A model generated the notes under the pieces. That model was given only the letters and a program-made list of their open reading frames with translations, searched no databases and was not told the origin of the DNA. A stretch of 63,949 bases of DNA, the filler included, from Collodictyon triciliatum (lineage: Eukaryota): the NCBI GenBank assembly GCA_043381765.1. It is 5 parts of 5 records of this genome, joined end to end, with 100 filler letters (N's around TTAATTAATTAA, not from the genome) between each part and the next. Parts side by side here need not be neighbours in the genome. Positions count along the whole stretch, not along the records: positions 61,639 to 63,949 come from JBHJMP010000608.1; 4 more parts are not named here. One strand, 5' to 3'. A program made the position numbers and the translations under genes. Shown piece after piece: positions 61,779 through 63,949 of the stretch; the first letter of the stretch is position 1, and the number at the start of each line of letters is the position of its first letter.

Positions 61779-61852
61779 TGGTTTTGCCCAGGATCGAACT
61801 GAGGACCTCCCGCATGTCAAGCGGATGTGATAGCCAACTACACCACAAAACC
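61779..61852 (-). tRNA. tRNA-Val(GAC)
   Basis: Sequence GGTTTTGTGGTGTAGTTGGCTATCACATCCGCTTGACATGCGGGAGGTCCTCAGTTCGATCCTGGGCAAAACCA. It has a perfect acceptor stem, anticodon arm TCCGC-TTGACAT-GCGGG, intact A and B boxes, and a T5 terminator. Confidence 0.93.
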
Positions 61853-63949
61853 TTGCTTGCTTTTACACGGCGGCATAGAATATATAAAATCAATATCACA
61901 TCATTTTTAATTTCCTTTCTGTGTGGTTGAACTTTCCAATTCGTTAAGATATAAGTTTACAATAACACACCACTTTCTCTTCAATACAAAATGGTCACTA
62001 TCAAGTTTTTAACTAGATAGAAATGATATAATCATGGCTTTTTGGTGACTTCTCATAGGCCCTTAGTCCGCACAACCAAAGAGCCGAAGCGATTTACACT
62101 TGCCATTTTGTTCTGTTATCTTTGTCACCGACATATCATATGCTTTTTCAACAGGTACTCTCAAAATCATGCCACAAAACCCCCAGGCTCTCCTTTTTCT
62201 CCTTCTGACCCCTGTACAAGGCGCTGAATCGCCGAAGCTGGCTGAGCATGGAAAGAATTTTTTTTTATCTGGTTTCACTTTACGTGCCATACAGTATAAT
62301 CGGGAATGGGTTTTTTTTCCTTCCTACTTTTTTGCTCTACTTACGCATTACATGGTCTCGGATTTCATAAATCTAAATGGTCAGCCATATTCGCCACGAT
62401 AGGCGCTTCCAAATAAAATAGCAATCTCACTGAAAGACACTTTTGCTCATCTCACTTATCCATACCTTCTTTAATTGATTAGGTTGGATGTGGATTGTAT
62501 AATCGATTACCAAACCCATCAAGATGAAACCTCTCCTTTTTCATTCAATTTACATATAGCTCCAAACTTATTCTCACAAGGAAATCAACTCACATAAGTC
62601 GATATAATGTTCATAGCAATATCCAGAAATATCCGATTCATGTGATTCATCATTGTTCCTTTTTTAAGAAGGTTCAAAAAACAATAAATAAATAAAAAAG
62701 AAAAAAGAAAAGATGAATTCTTGAGCTTGCAATATGATAGTTGTAATTCAAGCCAGTCCGGCATGATAAAACCAAAGGCATCAACATCCTTCATAACGAA
62801 ACGTGTGGTTATCACATTATTTAATCGCATGTGCGCTTTCATTTATATGTTCACGTGATGCTAAAACTGACTTATTTTTTTATGCGTTTGGTATTTTCTC
62901 AAATTAAAAATTATCAGATGAGAGCTTCTTAAGTTTTGTCAACGGACGCGCTTTGTGCACATCGATACAAATTGCATGGTGATAGCATTGTTTGTGGATT
63001 CCACAGTCATACGGATGTTCTATGCCCTGGCTATTGGCAATTGTATTTGACTGAGGATTACTTATTATGTAAAATTTTATCGATAGAATCAATCGGATAA
63101 AAATGTGTTTGTAAGGCTGGTCTCAAATTATCTCGAGATTGCGTAACATCATTATTATTTTGCATTCGCACTGGGATTGAATAACACATGTGTTTGTCGA
63201 TTCCGAGGTTAAGCTCAATACAACTAGCTTGTGAGTTCAGCACCAGAGCGCCAGTCATTGATGTTGGTCAAGTGTATGGCAAGTAAATGATTTAAATTTA
63301 AGGTTGATACGTGCGTAACAAACGTACTGTCGACATAAATATGGTGGATATTTCGAAAGTTTATGGTTCTGTTGCCACCCTTTTGATTCGCATGTGCAAA
63401 ATCAATCATTATTTAGGATAAAATCTCATGGTATAATATCGAACATTAATATGAGTTGAATATGTATTACAGTGGTGGGCTTTCCACAAGGGAATTGTAT
63501 TGATTGCTTGGAACCCATATCTAGTTTGATGATATAACAGCCATGAACCAACAATATAGTAAATGAAATCAAATGAAATCAATTGAAATAAACTCGGTAT
63601 TATATGTTTAAACGAGCAAATCAACCCAGCTACAGAAACCGCAATCCGTTTCATATTTTGAAGCAATAAAATAGGTACGTTCATCAACAAAATTACAATA
63701 ATAAATTCACTAATACCATCCAATCTGATTAGAGTATTTTTAATTCACTAGAGAGCGATAGATATAACACAACCAAATCGCGGTATTCTAAGTTGTCGCA
63801 ATCAATGTATCGTATGATGTGAATGAAGCGTTTTCATTTTGCAGATGATTTGATTATGTATGATACTTTTAGTGCATTTTTTTCTCCTGCTGAACTTTAA
63901 AAGCCATTTGTTAAACTGATTGCCATTTAGTGAAGCGAATTTTCAAAAC

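Overview
Intron-rich, microsatellite-rich nuclear DNA from a eukaryote, most likely a flagellated protist. It is a draft scaffold with N-gaps and four artificial N44-TTAATTAATTAA-N44 contig linkers, so adjacency across those linkers is unproven. I traced the genes exon by exon using the standard genetic code. In order they are: an IQ-HECT E3 ligase (UBE3B/C-like, -), SPEF2/CPC1-like (+, about 39 exons), tRNA-Leu(CAA), a degenerate GT31-like fragment, EDC4/Ge-1 (-), a C2-C2-Armadillo protein (+), MVD (-, truncated), FPPS (+, head-to-head with MVD), RPL4 (-), an orphan helical protein (-), a RING-Bbox-Bbox-CC-NHL protein (-), a WD40 protein (+) and a tRNA-Val with a GAC anticodon (-). The most notable signals are the G34 tRNA-Val, a U12-type intron, the divergent MVD-FPPS isoprenoid pair, the copine-type C2/ARM fusion built from 126-nt exons, and a multi-hairpin element upstream of the HECT gene. 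Family assignments rest on motifs I recognise; no searches were run.
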